A stretch of 64,000 bases of DNA, taken from positions 288,001 through 352,000 of the forward strand of contig CBDCZH010000015.1 of assembly GCA_965224485.1 (NCBI GenBank). Reading direction: 5' to 3'. Both the position numbers and the translations under genes were made by a program. Source of the DNA: Arcobacteraceae bacterium. Lineage in GTDB: Bacteria > Campylobacterota > Campylobacteria > Campylobacterales > Arcobacteraceae. The notes under the pieces were generated by a model. That model did not search any database, was not told the DNA's origin, and saw only the letters and a list, made by a program, of their open reading frames with translations. This document shows positions 22,133-33,451 of the stretch, in pieces (the first letter of the stretch is position 1; the number at the start of each line of letters is the position of its first letter).

Positions 22133-22699
22133 TTATGTTTTTAGATAAGTAAAATACTCTTCTAGCTGTTTAATAGCACAAGTAAAGTACTTTCCATCTT
22201 GTGATTTTTTAGCACTACTTAAAGCTCCTTCTATTACAGAAACTACATATATAGCTAAATCTTTAACATTATTATGTTTTATTTCCTTATTTATAATTGC
22301 GTTTTGTAAAACTTTTTGTATAGTTCCTTCAAAGGAAAAATATATTCTTTCTAAAGATAGTTTAAAATCATTATCTTGATGGGATAGTTCTTGAACTAAT
22401 GAGTTTAAACGACAGCCATAAGTAAAGTTAAAAGAGTCCAAATTATTTAAAACTTTAAACATTGAAGATATATAATTATCATTTGTTTCTAAAATTTTAC
22501 CATATTTTTTATCCATATAACCAGCTACATGTACATCAATTACAGATAATACAAGCTCTTTTTTTGATTTAAAATAATGATACATGGTACCTTTGTTTAG
22601 TTTAGCTTTCTTAAGTATCTTATCAATTGAACTTGAATAATATCCAAACTCATAAATCTCTTCAAAAGTAACTAATAAGAGCTTTTCTTTACTATTCAT
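22133..22699 (-). CDS. TetR-family transcriptional regulator
   Basis: N-terminal HTH (IDKILKKAKLNKGTMYHYFKSKKEL) and GCRL motif. Confidence 0.92.
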   Translation of the reverse strand: MNSKEKLLLVTFEEIYEFGYYSSSIDKILKKAKLNKGTMYHYFKSKKELVLSVIDVHVAGYMDKKYGKILETNDNYISSMFKVLNNLDSFNFTYGCRLNSLVQELSHQDNDFKLSLERIYFSFEGTIQKVLQNAIINKEIKHNNVKDLAIYVVSVIEGALSSAKKSQDGKYFTCAIKQLEEYFTYLKT

Positions 22700-22707
22700 T
22701 CTTTTCC

Positions 22708-23340
22708 TTATTTACTTAACGCAACACTTATTCCAAGAGTAATTAAAACACCACCTACAACTCTATCAAACCATTTTCCAAAATTATTAAAAAAAACTCT
22801 AACTCTTTTTGTACTTAAGAGTAGAGATGTTCCAATAAAGAAAAACATAGTTGCAAAAATACAATAAACTCCATATAAGCTTTGAATATATAAAGGAGTG
22901 TCAATACTTATAACAACTGTAAACATTGATAAGAAGAATAGTGTTGCTTTAGGGTTTAAAGCATTGCACAAAAAACCAATTCCAAAAGACTTCATATCAC
23001 TTATCTCTTTTGTAACTTCACATGAGTCGATATCAACTTTAATACCTTTAGATTTTAAACTCTTATATCCTAGATATATCAAATACAAGGCTCCTAAGTA
23101 TTTAATAATACTAAACAAAACAATAGATTTAGAGATAATCAAACCTATTCCTAAAATAGTATATATCACATGAACTGAAATTCCTAAACCTATTCCAATA
23201 CTAGTAAAAATAGAAGCTCTTTTGCCATAATTGATACTTTGCTTTAAAATCACAGCAAAATCAGGACCAGGTGAGAGAAGTGCTATAAATAAAGCCCCTG
23301 CTAAAATCAAAAACTCATGTAAATACAAAGAATAATCCAT
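22708..23340 (-). CDS. LysE/RhtB family exporter
   Basis: LSPGPDF, GALYLIYLG, NALNPKA motifs. Confidence 0.92.
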   Translation of the reverse strand: MDYSLYLHEFLILAGALFIALLSPGPDFAVILKQSINYGKRASIFTSIGIGLGISVHVIYTILGIGLIISKSIVLFSIIKYLGALYLIYLGYKSLKSKGIKVDIDSCEVTKEISDMKSFGIGFLCNALNPKATLFFLSMFTVVISIDTPLYIQSLYGVYCIFATMFFFIGTSLLLSTKRVRVFFNNFGKWFDRVVGGVLITLGISVALSK

Positions 23341-23349
23341 ATGTCCCCT

Positions 23350-23398
23350 TAACTATAAACTAAAAAACACAAACCATCGACTATTAACTATCAACTAA
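23350..23398. repeat. Degenerate 7-mer tandem repeat (nAACYAT, 7 units)
   Basis: TAACTAT AAACTAA AAAACAC AAACCAT CGACTAT TAACTAT CAACTAA. Confidence 0.6.
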
Positions 23399-24372
23399 TT
23401 ACGTCTCTGCCCTTCTTTAGGAGGACTTACTTCTTTTTGTAAATCTAAACTAAGATTATGATAAAAAAGCTCACCATAATCTGTTGTTCTATTTATAGTT
23501 TCATAGGCTTGTTTTATGCCGTTATTATATTTTAAAGCATCTTGTAGAATTTTTACTATTTTAATTGATTCTAAGAAGTTAACATGAGAAGGAGCTTCAA
23601 TAGGTGAACTATAATACCTATGCATTCTTTCAACTAAGTTTTTATTTCTTATTTCTATAAAAATAGATTCTATTGGAGATTTAAAAAATAGTATTTTTTG
23701 TTTTACATTAATTGAGATATATGTTGTTTCCATTCCATATATTTTTCTAGAATAAGAATCAAACAAAAAAAGTTTTTTATTATAGTTATTGTGAAATAGT
23801 TCATAAATTAATTCTAGTATTTTAATCTTTTCTTCTTTTGTATAGAAGTTACCAATACTTGCAAAACAAAAAGATAAAATAGATTTAATAGAATACCACT
23901 CTGTTGTATCATAATCATATTTCAACATTTGTTTTATTCTTTTTTGTTTTAACTCTTCTATATCTTTACTTGTTTTTGTTCTATATACTTTTTGTACAGC
24001 AGTATCTCTATACATTGGCCCTGGAAACTGAGCTTGTATAACAAACCTTCTACTCTCTTCTAAGTCCATTATATAACTTAACCGTCCATAATAGTCTTCA
24101 TCTATAATTCTAACTTCTTTTTGGGGTATTTGAGTTATTGATTTCATAAACTCATCATCAGTACAGGCATCTTCCCAGATATAATCAGGATATCTGAAAA
24201 GTTGACATAATTTATTTTTAATTTCTAAGCTTGGTTCTACTTCTGTAATACCATCAACCCAAGATGTAACAGTACGTCTATCTTTTTGTATTAAGGAAGA
24301 AAATTTTGAAATACTTAAATTTGATCTTTTATATATTTCTATTAATTTTTCAATACCAGTTTTAAATAACAT
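23395..24372 (-). CDS. Putative transcriptional regulator (XRE-like HTH plus unknown C-terminal domain), divergent from the prp operon
   Basis: SNLSISKFSSLIQKDRRTVTSWVDG looks like an HTH; head-to-head with prpB. Confidence 0.55.
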   Translation of the reverse strand: MLFKTGIEKLIEIYKRSNLSISKFSSLIQKDRRTVTSWVDGITEVEPSLEIKNKLCQLFRYPDYIWEDACTDDEFMKSITQIPQKEVRIIDEDYYGRLSYIMDLEESRRFVIQAQFPGPMYRDTAVQKVYRTKTSKDIEELKQKRIKQMLKYDYDTTEWYSIKSILSFCFASIGNFYTKEEKIKILELIYELFHNNYNKKLFLFDSYSRKIYGMETTYISINVKQKILFFKSPIESIFIEIRNKNLVERMHRYYSSPIEAPSHVNFLESIKIVKILQDALKYNNGIKQAYETINRTTDYGELFYHNLSLDLQKEVSPPKEGQRRN

Positions 24373-24765
24373 TTATATTCCTTAAAGATATTTTATTTTA
24401 TTGTACAGTAATTAAATAAAAAAACAAAATTTGTACATAATAGATCTAATAGTCTATAAACTGGGATTTTACTTACAAAAAGAATACAATTGTAAGTAAG
24501 ATATATCTATAATAATTTTTTTATTTGACTTCTCAAATAAGTTAATTATAAAAAAATTCAAGAAGAAATAAACTCTTTTTATTTATTAAAATTTTGCTTA
24601 TAAGAATTAAGTATATGAAATTATTACAATTTATGCTCAATGCTGTACAAATATCATACATAATACTTTTTATTGTAAAAAAATTGTTATTTACTTTTTA
24701 AAAACATACAATAGTTCTATCTAAATATCTTGTATACTTAAATATAAAAAAATCAAAGGATTAAT

Positions 24766-25644
24766 ATGAGCGCAGGAAAAAGATTTAGAGAAGCATTAAG
24801 TGAAGAAACTCCATTACAAATTGTAGGAGCTGTTAATGCTTATTCTGCATTACAAGCAACTAAAGTGGGATATAAAGCACTTTATCTTTCAGGTGCTGGT
24901 GTTGCAAACTCATCATATGGTTTACCAGATTTAGGAATGACTATGTTAGAAGATGTATGTATTGATATTAGAAGAATTACTTCTATTACAGATTTACCTT
25001 TATTAGTAGATGCTGATACTGGTTGGGGACATGCTTTTAATATAGTAAGAACTGTTCAAGAAATGACTAAAGCAGGAGCTGCTGGGATTCATATTGAAGA
25101 TCAAGTTGCTGCTAAGAGATGTGGACATAGACCTAATAAAGAATTAGTTTCTACACAAGAAATGTGTGATCGTATAACAGCAGCAGTATCAGGTAAAACA
25201 GATCCTGATTTTGTAATTATGGCTAGAACTGATGCACATGCGAGCGAGGGTCAACAAGCTGCAATTGATAGAGCTTTAGCTTATGTAAAAGCAGGAGCTG
25301 ATATGATTTTTGCAGAAGCAATCCATACATTAAAAGAATACAAAGAATTTACTGATGTAATTAAAGTTCCAGTATTAGCAAATATTACTGAATTTGGATC
25401 AACACCTATGTTTACAACAGAAGAGTTAGGTTCAGTTGGTATTTCAATGGTTTTATATCCTTTATCAGCATTTAGAGCAATGAATAAAGCTGCTTTAACT
25501 GTATATCAAGACTTAAGAGAAAAAGGTACCCAAGAAGGTACATTAGATATTATGCAAACAAGAATGGAACTGTACGATATGTTAGGTTATCATGAATACG
25601 AAGCTAAAATGGATAAGCTTTTTTCTGCTGGTAAAGCTAAATAA
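24766..25644 (+). CDS. prpB: 2-methylisocitrate lyase
   Basis: KRCGH signature, DADTG, ARTDA, NITEFG. Confidence 0.97.
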   Translation: MSAGKRFREALSEETPLQIVGAVNAYSALQATKVGYKALYLSGAGVANSSYGLPDLGMTMLEDVCIDIRRITSITDLPLLVDADTGWGHAFNIVRTVQEMTKAGAAGIHIEDQVAAKRCGHRPNKELVSTQEMCDRITAAVSGKTDPDFVIMARTDAHASEGQQAAIDRALAYVKAGADMIFAEAIHTLKEYKEFTDVIKVPVLANITEFGSTPMFTTEELGSVGISMVLYPLSAFRAMNKAALTVYQDLREKGTQEGTLDIMQTRMELYDMLGYHEYEAKMDKLFSAGKAK

Positions 25645-25678
25645 TTTATATTAGAAAAATAAAAACTAAGGGAAAATT

Positions 25679-26827
25679 ATGAGTACTACAACTACAGGAT
25701 TTAAACCAAAAAAATCTGTTGCTCTTTCTGGAACATCTGCTGGAAACACTGCAATTTGTACAGTTGGAAAAACTGGAAATGATTTACATTATAGAGGATA
25801 TGACATCTTAGAATTTGCTGACAAAGCTGAATTTGAAGAAATTGCATATTTAATTGTTCATGAGAAGTTTCCAAATATTGAAGAATTAAAAACATATAAG
25901 AAAAAACTTAGATCTTATAGAGATATCCCTTCTGGTGTTAAAGTTGCTCTAGAGCAATTACCAAAAACTTGTCATCCTATGGATGTTATGAGAACGGCTT
26001 GTTCTGTTCTTGGTGCTTTAAATCAAGAAGATGAAGCTCATCCTAAAGATGAAGCTCAAGATATCATTGATAGATTAATTGGATCATTTGCTTCAATGTT
26101 ATTATACTGGTATCACTTTGCTTATAATAATAAAAGAATTGATGTAGTAACAAATGATGATACAGTTGGTGGTCATTTTTTACATTTATTACATGGAGAA
26201 AAACCAAAAGATTCTTGGGTTAAAGCTATGCATGTATCTTTGATTTTATATGCTGAACATGAGTTTAATGCTTCAACTTTTACTTCTAGAGTAATATCTG
26301 GAACTAATTCTGATTTATTTTCATGTATTACTGGTGCAATTGGAGCGTTAAGAGGTCCTAAACACGGTGGGGCTAATGAAGTTGCATTTAGAATTCAAGA
26401 GCGATATTCATCTGCTAATGAAGCAGAAGCTGATATCAAAGCAAGAATGGCTAAAAAAGAGATCATTATTGGTTTTGGACATCCTGTTTATACTTCAAGT
26501 GATCCAAGAAACGTTGTTATTAAAAAAGTTGCTCATGATTTATCTAAAGAAAACAATGATATGAAAATGTATGATGTAGCTGAGAGAATTGAAACAATTA
26601 TGTGGGAACAAAAGAAAATGTTTCCGAATCTTGATTGGTTCTCTGCTGTTTCTTATAATCAAATGGGAATTCCAACTGATATGTTTACTCCTATTTTTAT
26701 AATCTCAAGAGTTACTGGTTGGGGAGCACATGCAATTGAGCAAAGAGAAGATGGAAAGATTATCAGACCATCTGCTACTTATACTGGACCTGAGGGTTTA
26801 AAATTTGTTCCAATTGAGCAAAGATAA
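25679..26827 (+). CDS. prpC: 2-methylcitrate synthase
   Basis: [31 protein letters not shown]; operon context. Confidence 0.95.
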   Translation: MSTTTTGFKPKKSVALSGTSAGNTAICTVGKTGNDLHYRGYDILEFADKAEFEEIAYLIVHEKFPNIEELKTYKKKLRSYRDIPSGVKVALEQLPKTCHPMDVMRTACSVLGALNQEDEAHPKDEAQDIIDRLIGSFASMLLYWYHFAYNNKRIDVVTNDDTVGGHFLHLLHGEKPKDSWVKAMHVSLILYAEHEFNASTFTSRVISGTNSDLFSCITGAIGALRGPKHGGANEVAFRIQERYSSANEAEADIKARMAKKEIIIGFGHPVYTSSDPRNVVIKKVAHDLSKENNDMKMYDVAERIETIMWEQKKMFPNLDWFSAVSYNQMGIPTDMFTPIFIISRVTGWGAHAIEQREDGKIIRPSATYTGPEGLKFVPIEQR

Positions 26828-26839
26828 TATACTCTAAAC

Positions 26840-26860
26840 TTGCCCCTTTTTAAGGGGCAA
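26840..26860 (+). terminator. Intra-operon hairpin after prpC
   Basis: TTGCCCCTT-TTT-AAGGGGCAA. Confidence 0.5.
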
Positions 26861-26989
26861 AATTAAAATTAAAATTAACATATGAGATTTTACTAAAAGA
26901 AAAAATCTTATATTTTAGTGATTCATTTCAAAAAACAAATACTTAAGACAAATACTAGAGATAAAATAAGACTATATAAGGATCTAAAT

Positions 26990-29584
26990 ATGACAAATGA
27001 AAAATACCTTAAAGAACTAGAAGGTTTTAATACAAGCTTTTATGATGTAAAAGCTGCTGTTGAAGATATTAAAAAAGGAAGTTTTGAAAAACTTAACTAT
27101 ACTTCAAGAGTATTAGCAGAAAACTTACTTAGAAAATGTCCAAGCGAAGATTTAGAAGCTTCTTTAGTTCAATTAATTGAAAAAAGAACTGATAGAGATT
27201 TTCCTTGGTATCCAAGTAGGGTTGTAACTCATGATATTTTAGGACTTACTGCACTTGTAGATTTAGCAGGTTTAAGAGAAGCAATTGCTGCTAAAGGGGG
27301 AGATCCTAAAAAAGTTAATCCTGTTGTTCCTACACAACTTATAGTAGATCACTCACTAGCTGTTGAGTGTGGTGGATTTGAAGAAGATGCTTTTCAAAAA
27401 AATAGAGATATAGAAGATAGAAGAAATGCTGATAGATTTCATTTTATTAATTGGACAAAAGAAGCTTTTGATAATGTAGATGTTATTCCTCCTGGAAATG
27501 GAATCATGCATCAAATCAACTTAGAAAAGATGTCTCCTGTTATTCATAATGTTGATGGAATTGCAAGTCCTGATACTCTTGTAGGAACAGATTCACATAC
27601 TCCTCATGTTGATGCACTTGGTGTTTTAGCTATTGGTGTTGGTGGATTAGAAGCTGAAAATGTAATGTTAGGTAATCCTTCTTATATGAGAACTCCTGAT
27701 ATTATTGGTGTTAATATAGTAGGTAAGAGAGCTTCTGGTATTACTGCTACTGATATTGCATTATCAATGACTTCATTTTTAAGAGAAAATAATGTTATTT
27801 CTGCATATTTAGAATTTTATGGTACTGGTATGGAATACCTAAACTTAGGAGATCGTGCTACTATTGCAAATATGACTCCTGAATATGGTGCAAGTGCAGG
27901 TATGTTTAGTATTGATGAACAAACTTTAGATTATTTAACTTTAACTGGACGAGAAGCAAAACAAATTAAACTAGTTGAAGCATATGCAAAAGCAAATGGT
28001 TTATGGTCAAGTGATTTAAAAAATGCAACATATCAAAGAGTATTAACTTTTGATTTAACAGCTGTTTCAAGATCTTTAGCTGGTCCTTCTAAACCACATA
28101 AACTAGTACCAACTTCAACTCTAAAAGCTGAAGGTATTACTGATAGTTCTGTTAAAATTGGTGATACAGATATGCCAGATGGTGCAATTTTAATTGCTGC
28201 TATTACTTCATGTACAAATACCTCAAACCCTAGAAATGTAATTGCTGCTGCTTTACTTGCTAAAAAGGCAAATGAACTAGGATTAAAAAGAAAACCATGG
28301 GTTAAAACATCACTAGCACCTGGTTCTAAAATAGTTGAAGAGTATTTAAAAGATGCTAAACTTCTTCCTGAGTTAGAAAAACTAGGATTTGGAATAGTAG
28401 GTTTTGCCTGTACTACTTGTAATGGAATGAGCGGGGCTTTAGATCCTGATATTCAAAAAGAAGTTATTGATAAAGACATTTATTCAACTGCTGTTTTATC
28501 TGGAAATAGAAACTTTGATGGAAGAATTCATCCTTATGTAAAAGAAGCATTTTTAGCTTCACCTCCTTTAGTTGTAGCTTATGCTTTAGCTGGTTCTATT
28601 AGATTTGATATTGAAAAAGATAGTTTAGGAAATGACAAAAATGGAAATCCTATTACATTAAAAGATTTATGGCCAAGTGATGAAGAAATTAATGCAGTGG
28701 AAAAAGCTTCTGTTAGACCTGAAATGTTTGCTAAAATTTATGACCCTATGTTTGCTAAAAAAATTCTAGGTGATATTGAAATTTCGCCATTTTATAAATG
28801 GAATAGACAAAGTACATATATAAATAAACCACCTTATTGGGATGATGAGTTTATGGGTAAACCAGCTTTAAAAAATATGTTACCTTTAGGTGTATTTCCT
28901 GATAACATAACTACTGATCATTTATCGCCTTCAAATGCGATTTTACCTGAGAGTGCTGCTGGGCAGTATTGTTTAAAAATGGGTTTACCTATTAATGACT
29001 TGAACTCATATGCAACACATAGAGGAGATCATTATACTGCTCAAAGAGCAACATTAGCTAATCCAAAACTATACAATGAAATGGTTAAAGATGAGAACGG
29101 TGAAACTAAACAAGGCTCACTTACTACTATCATGCCAGAAGCTAAAGAAAGTAGAATGTGGGAAGCTATTGAGACATATATGCAGAGAAAACAGCCTTTA
29201 ATTATCATAGCTGGTACTAACTATGGTCAAGGATCTTCAAGAGACTGGGCTGCAAAGGGTGTTAGACTTGCAGGTGTTGAAGTTTTAATTGCCCAATCAA
29301 TTGAAAGAATTCATAGAACAAATCTTGTTGGAATGGGTGTTTTACCCTTACAATTTAAAGAAGGTGATACTAGACATACTTACAATATTGTTGGAAGCGA
29401 ATCTTATGAAGTTTCTGGTGAAATACAAGCTAGAGGTGATTTAAATGTAATCATGACAAGAGCTAATGGAGAAGTTGTAAATATTCCTGTTCTTTGTAGA
29501 TTAGATACAAGTGCTGAAGTTGAAGTTTATAATGCTGGTGGAATTTTGCAGAAATTTGCTGTTGATTTTGTGGCGGGGAAGTAG
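26990..29584 (+). CDS. acnD: Fe/S-dependent 2-methylisocitrate dehydratase
   Basis: Aconitase motifs DHS, GTDSHT, ITSCTNTSNP, CTTCNG, GSSRDWAAKG; lies between prpC and prpF; ATG after AAGGA SD. Confidence 0.93.
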   Translation: MTNEKYLKELEGFNTSFYDVKAAVEDIKKGSFEKLNYTSRVLAENLLRKCPSEDLEASLVQLIEKRTDRDFPWYPSRVVTHDILGLTALVDLAGLREAIAAKGGDPKKVNPVVPTQLIVDHSLAVECGGFEEDAFQKNRDIEDRRNADRFHFINWTKEAFDNVDVIPPGNGIMHQINLEKMSPVIHNVDGIASPDTLVGTDSHTPHVDALGVLAIGVGGLEAENVMLGNPSYMRTPDIIGVNIVGKRASGITATDIALSMTSFLRENNVISAYLEFYGTGMEYLNLGDRATIANMTPEYGASAGMFSIDEQTLDYLTLTGREAKQIKLVEAYAKANGLWSSDLKNATYQRVLTFDLTAVSRSLAGPSKPHKLVPTSTLKAEGITDSSVKIGDTDMPDGAILIAAITSCTNTSNPRNVIAAALLAKKANELGLKRKPWVKTSLAPGSKIVEEYLKDAKLLPELEKLGFGIVGFACTTCNGMSGALDPDIQKEVIDKDIYSTAVLSGNRNFDGRIHPYVKEAFLASPPLVVAYALAGSIRFDIEKDSLGNDKNGNPITLKDLWPSDEEINAVEKASVRPEMFAKIYDPMFAKKILGDIEISPFYKWNRQSTYINKPPYWDDEFMGKPALKNMLPLGVFPDNITTDHLSPSNAILPESAAGQYCLKMGLPINDLNSYATHRGDHYTAQRATLANPKLYNEMVKDENGETKQGSLTTIMPEAKESRMWEAIETYMQRKQPLIIIAGTNYGQGSSRDWAAKGVRLAGVEVLIAQSIERIHRTNLVGMGVLPLQFKEGDTRHTYNIVGSESYEVSGEIQARGDLNVIMTRANGEVVNIPVLCRLDTSAEVEVYNAGGILQKFAVDFVAGK

Positions 29585-29670
29585 TTGGTAAGTTTTTAAG
29601 TTGCTAGGTTAGTAAGTTAGTGAATTAGTTTTTAAGTTAGTAAGTTTTTTGGTTTTAGTTTTAGTAGTTT
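29582..29670. repeat. Degenerate 8-mer tandem repeat (AAGTTAGT-like)
   Basis: Repeated AAGTTAGT/AAGTTTTT/AGGTTAGT units fill the acnD-prpF spacer. Confidence 0.55.
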
Positions 29671-29688
29671 ATAATTAAGGATATTTAA

Positions 29689-30864
29689 ATGGCATATGAA
29701 GCACAGTTTAAAGTAAAAGCAACATATATGAGAGGTGGAACTTCTAAGGGTACTTTTTTTAATATTGCAGATCTTCCAAAAGAAGCACAAGAAGATACAA
29801 CAAAAAGAGATAAACTTCTTCAAAGAATTGTAGGAAGTCCTGATGTTTATAAGAAACAAATGGATGGAATGGGAGGAGCATCTTCTTCTACTTCAAAAGC
29901 TATCTTAGTTGGAAAATCAGATCTTGCTGGTCATGATGTAGATTATTATTTTTGCCAAGTTGCAATAGATAAAGATTTTGTAGATATGAGTGGAAATTGT
30001 GGAAACCTAAGCTCTGCTGTTGGTCCTTTTGCAATACATGAGGGACTTGTTGATAATGTTCCACAAAATGGTGTTTGCTGTGTAAGAATTTGGCAAGCAA
30101 ATATCAAAAAAACAATTCTTTGTTATGTTACTATGGAAAATGGCCTAGTTAAAGAAATGGGTGATTATGAAATAGATGGTATTGCTTTTGCTGCCCAAGA
30201 AATACAGCTAGAATTTTTAGAACCAGTTGACCCTAACGAAGAACTATTTCCTACAGGAAATTTAGTTGATGATTTAGAAGTTCCTGGAGTTGGTACGTTT
30301 AAAGCAACTATGATAACAGCTGGAATTCCTACTATTTTCGTAAATGCAAGTGAAATTGCATATAAAGGAACTGAACTTCAAGGTGATATTAACTCAGATA
30401 CTGCTGCTTTAGAAAGATTTGAAAAAATTAGAATTGCAGGGGCTTTAAAAATGGGTCTTATTAAAGAAGCTAGCGAAGCACAAACAAAACAACATACTCC
30501 AAAAATTGCTTTTGTTTCACCAGCTCAAGATTTCATAACTTCATCTGGAAAAGAAGTTAAAGCTTGTGAAATGGATTTACATGTACGTGCTTTATCTATG
30601 CAACAATTACACCATGCAATGATGGGAACAGCTTCTGTTGCTATTGGAGTTGCTGCTTGTATTCCTGGAACACTAGTTAATATAGCAGCTGGTGGAAAAG
30701 AAAAGAATAGTATTACTTTTGGTCATCCTTCTGGTGCTATTAAAGTTGGAGCTATTATTTCAAAAGAAAATGGGAAATATTTAGTAAAAAAAGCAAGTAT
30801 GAGTAGATCTGCTAGAATTATAATGGATGGAAATGTTCATGTACCAGCAGGAACAATGGATTAA
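29689..30864 (+). CDS. prpF: 2-methylaconitate cis-trans isomerase
   Basis: YMRGGTSKG, GNCGNL, HHAMMGT, GHPSG, SRSAR. Confidence 0.95.
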   Translation: MAYEAQFKVKATYMRGGTSKGTFFNIADLPKEAQEDTTKRDKLLQRIVGSPDVYKKQMDGMGGASSSTSKAILVGKSDLAGHDVDYYFCQVAIDKDFVDMSGNCGNLSSAVGPFAIHEGLVDNVPQNGVCCVRIWQANIKKTILCYVTMENGLVKEMGDYEIDGIAFAAQEIQLEFLEPVDPNEELFPTGNLVDDLEVPGVGTFKATMITAGIPTIFVNASEIAYKGTELQGDINSDTAALERFEKIRIAGALKMGLIKEASEAQTKQHTPKIAFVSPAQDFITSSGKEVKACEMDLHVRALSMQQLHHAMMGTASVAIGVAACIPGTLVNIAAGGKEKNSITFGHPSGAIKVGAIISKENGKYLVKKASMSRSARIIMDGNVHVPAGTMD

Positions 30865-30942
30865 TATAATTTATTAAAATAAAAAAGGTCTAGACAAAGT
30901 CTAAACCTTTTCCCTATAAACCATCAACCATTTAACCATAAA

Positions 30943-31485
30943 CTACTTAACCAAAGCAGAAATAGCTTTAAAGTTTGGATTTTTAGAACTAAGAGTTAGT
31001 TCAAATAATAAAGATTCATAAGTAGTTGGAATAACACCTGCTAAAACTAATCTCTCAATTGCCATAATAGTATTATACTCAACTCTAGAACTTACACAAT
31101 CAGTTACTAAAACAGGTTGTAAACCCTCTTCTAATAAGTCTAAACAAGTTTGAAGTACACAAACATGAGTTTCAATTCCAGCAACAATAACCATTCTTTT
31201 TCCAGAGCTTTTAATAGCTTTTAATGTATCCTCATTTCCACAACAAGAAAATGTAGTTTTCTCAAAATGAGTCTCTTTTGATACAAGTTCTTTTAAAGAA
31301 GGAATTGTTTCACCAAGACCTTTTTTATACTGCTCATTAATTATAAAAGGAACTTCATGAACTTGTAAACCTTTTACTAAAGTAATAAGATTTCTTTGAA
31401 TTATATCCCTATTTGACATTAGGGGAAATAATTTTTCTTGAACATCTACTAAACAAAATATTGTATCTTCTAATCGTATTTTCAT
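30943..31485 (-). CDS. Isochorismatase-family hydrolase
   Basis: VDVQEKL, EQYKKGLG, KTTFSC, GIETHVCVLQT. Confidence 0.9.
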   Translation of the reverse strand: MKIRLEDTIFCLVDVQEKLFPLMSNRDIIQRNLITLVKGLQVHEVPFIINEQYKKGLGETIPSLKELVSKETHFEKTTFSCCGNEDTLKAIKSSGKRMVIVAGIETHVCVLQTCLDLLEEGLQPVLVTDCVSSRVEYNTIMAIERLVLAGVIPTTYESLLFELTLSSKNPNFKAISALVK

Positions 31486-31675
31486 CTGTTCTCCTTAATC
31501 TATGTCTTTTATGATACTAAATAATTAATTAAAAAGAAAAGAAAAAGATATAAAAGAATTTTAAGAAAAAAAAGTGGGTAGTTTGGGAAAAGATAGACTT
31601 AATTCTAAAAGAATTAGGTCTATTTTTATAAGCTATGATTTCTAAATATGCTTGTTTGCAAATATAAGTAAAAAC

Positions 31676-32614
31676 TTATACAAAAGCTACTTTTTCAGCA
31701 CGTTCAAGAAGCTCTTTAGCTCCTTGATCTATAAATTTTGAAGCTAGTGTTTTTCCTATTGTTTCAAAATCTTCTAATTTTGCAGTTATATCCTCTGTAA
31801 TAGATTCACTACCATCAGGCATTCCTACAATTGCTTGAACTCTAATTGAATTTTCATCAATAATTGTAGCTTTTACTCCAATAGGAACTTGACATCCACC
31901 TTGAAGAGTATCTACAAAAGATCTCTCAATTGTTGATTCAATATGTGCATCTTTATCATTTAGAACTTTTATTAGCTCAACTATCACAGGATCAGTTGTA
32001 GTCTCAATTCCTAATGTTGCTTGACCCATTGAAGGAATCATATCATCAGTTGAAATAGGAGTGAAATATTTAACTTCATTTTCTATTTTAAGTTTTTTAA
32101 CCCCAGTTGCTGCTAAAATAATAGCATCATACTCACCAGCATTAAGTTTTGCAATTCTAGTATTAATATTACCTCGTAAATCTTTTAAGTTAATATCTGG
32201 ACGTAATAATTTAATAGCCATACGTCTTCTTAAAGACGTAGTTCCAACAACAGCACCTTTTGGTAGGTCAGCTATACTTTCGTATTTATTTGATAGTAGA
32301 GCATCTCTTGGGTCATATCTTTTTGAAACAGCTGTAAGTTGTAAACCATCTTCAAACTTAGTTGGAACATCTTTTAAAGAATGAACGGCTAAATGAGCCT
32401 CACCATTTAGCATAGCTATTTCAAGCTCTTTAGTAAAAAGACCTTTTCCACCAATTTTTGCCAAAGGAACATCTAAAATCTTATCACCTTTTGTAACAAA
32501 CTCTTTTAATACAATTTCCATACTAGGATAGAATTCTTGTAGTTGCGCTTTTATAAATTCACTTTGCCATAAAGCTAATTGGCTTCTTCTTGTAGCTATT
32601 ACTAATTTTTGCAT
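31676..32614 (-). CDS. hemC: Hydroxymethylbilane synthase
   Basis: ATRRSQLALWQ, GGKGLF, HSLKDVP, RGNINTR, GGCQVP. Confidence 0.98.
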   Translation of the reverse strand: MQKLVIATRRSQLALWQSEFIKAQLQEFYPSMEIVLKEFVTKGDKILDVPLAKIGGKGLFTKELEIAMLNGEAHLAVHSLKDVPTKFEDGLQLTAVSKRYDPRDALLSNKYESIADLPKGAVVGTTSLRRRMAIKLLRPDINLKDLRGNINTRIAKLNAGEYDAIILAATGVKKLKIENEVKYFTPISTDDMIPSMGQATLGIETTTDPVIVELIKVLNDKDAHIESTIERSFVDTLQGGCQVPIGVKATIIDENSIRVQAIVGMPDGSESITEDITAKLEDFETIGKTLASKFIDQGAKELLERAEKVAFV

Positions 32615-33451
32615 TTATTTTCCTAATGTCTCATATTTTAATTTTGTATTATCTCTTTTTTTATTTATAAATACAGTTGGTGTTCCTTGTACAAGTACAT
32701 CTTGAGCCATTTGTAAATCATATGAAATAACATCTTTTATTTTTTTATCATTTATTTGCTTAAGAGTAATATTTGTTTTAAATTCTTTATTAAAAGCATC
32801 TAGTATTATTTTAGGACTTCTTTGTTTTGCTGTAAAATATTTATTCCAGCTTGTAGTATATACTTTAAGTTCAAGATTTTTAAAACCTTGCATTTTAGCA
32901 ACTTGCATAATTTTCACTAATGTTTTAGCAGCGGGATGCATTCTTAGAAGTGGAAAATGATAATAATACAAAGCAATATTATCTTTGTTTTTATTTACAT
33001 GTTTGATTAAAGTTGGTATATAATCTATACAATCAGGACATAAAGGATCTGAGAAAACAACAATTTTATCTTTTGAGTTATGAGTACCAGCAATTAATTT
33101 CTTTTCATCATGGTATTTAGAACTTAAAGAAGGGACTAAAGTATCTTTTAAATTCTTTCCCGTTTTAATATCCAATAAATCAATAGCAACATAAATACCA
33201 TTTGTAAAAACAATATCTTTTGCGCTAATATCTTGAGAGTTTATTGAAGCAGTTATATCCATTATATAACCATACCAACCCTCAACAGGCATCTTCTTTT
33301 TAAAATTTATTTTAACATCTTTTATTTCTATTCTTGAATTTTGTGAAAATTTCTTTTTCTCAAAACTAATAATAGACTCATCTATTGAAGAAGCAAAAAT
33401 ACTACTTGTCAATAAGGTGCTTATCATCAATAATCTCGACATCAATAACAT
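32615..33451 (-). CDS. Exported DsbA/DsbG-like thioredoxin-fold protein
   Basis: Signal peptide, FSDPLCPDC (CxxC), HFPL, GTPT. Start placed at one of three ATGs after an AGGAG SD inside the fxsA 3' end. Confidence 0.8.
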   Translation of the reverse strand: MLLMSRLLMISTLLTSSIFASSIDESIISFEKKKFSQNSRIEIKDVKINFKKKMPVEGWYGYIMDITASINSQDISAKDIVFTNGIYVAIDLLDIKTGKNLKDTLVPSLSSKYHDEKKLIAGTHNSKDKIVVFSDPLCPDCIDYIPTLIKHVNKNKDNIALYYYHFPLLRMHPAAKTLVKIMQVAKMQGFKNLELKVYTTSWNKYFTAKQRSPKIILDAFNKEFKTNITLKQINDKKIKDVISYDLQMAQDVLVQGTPTVFINKKRDNTKLKYETLGK

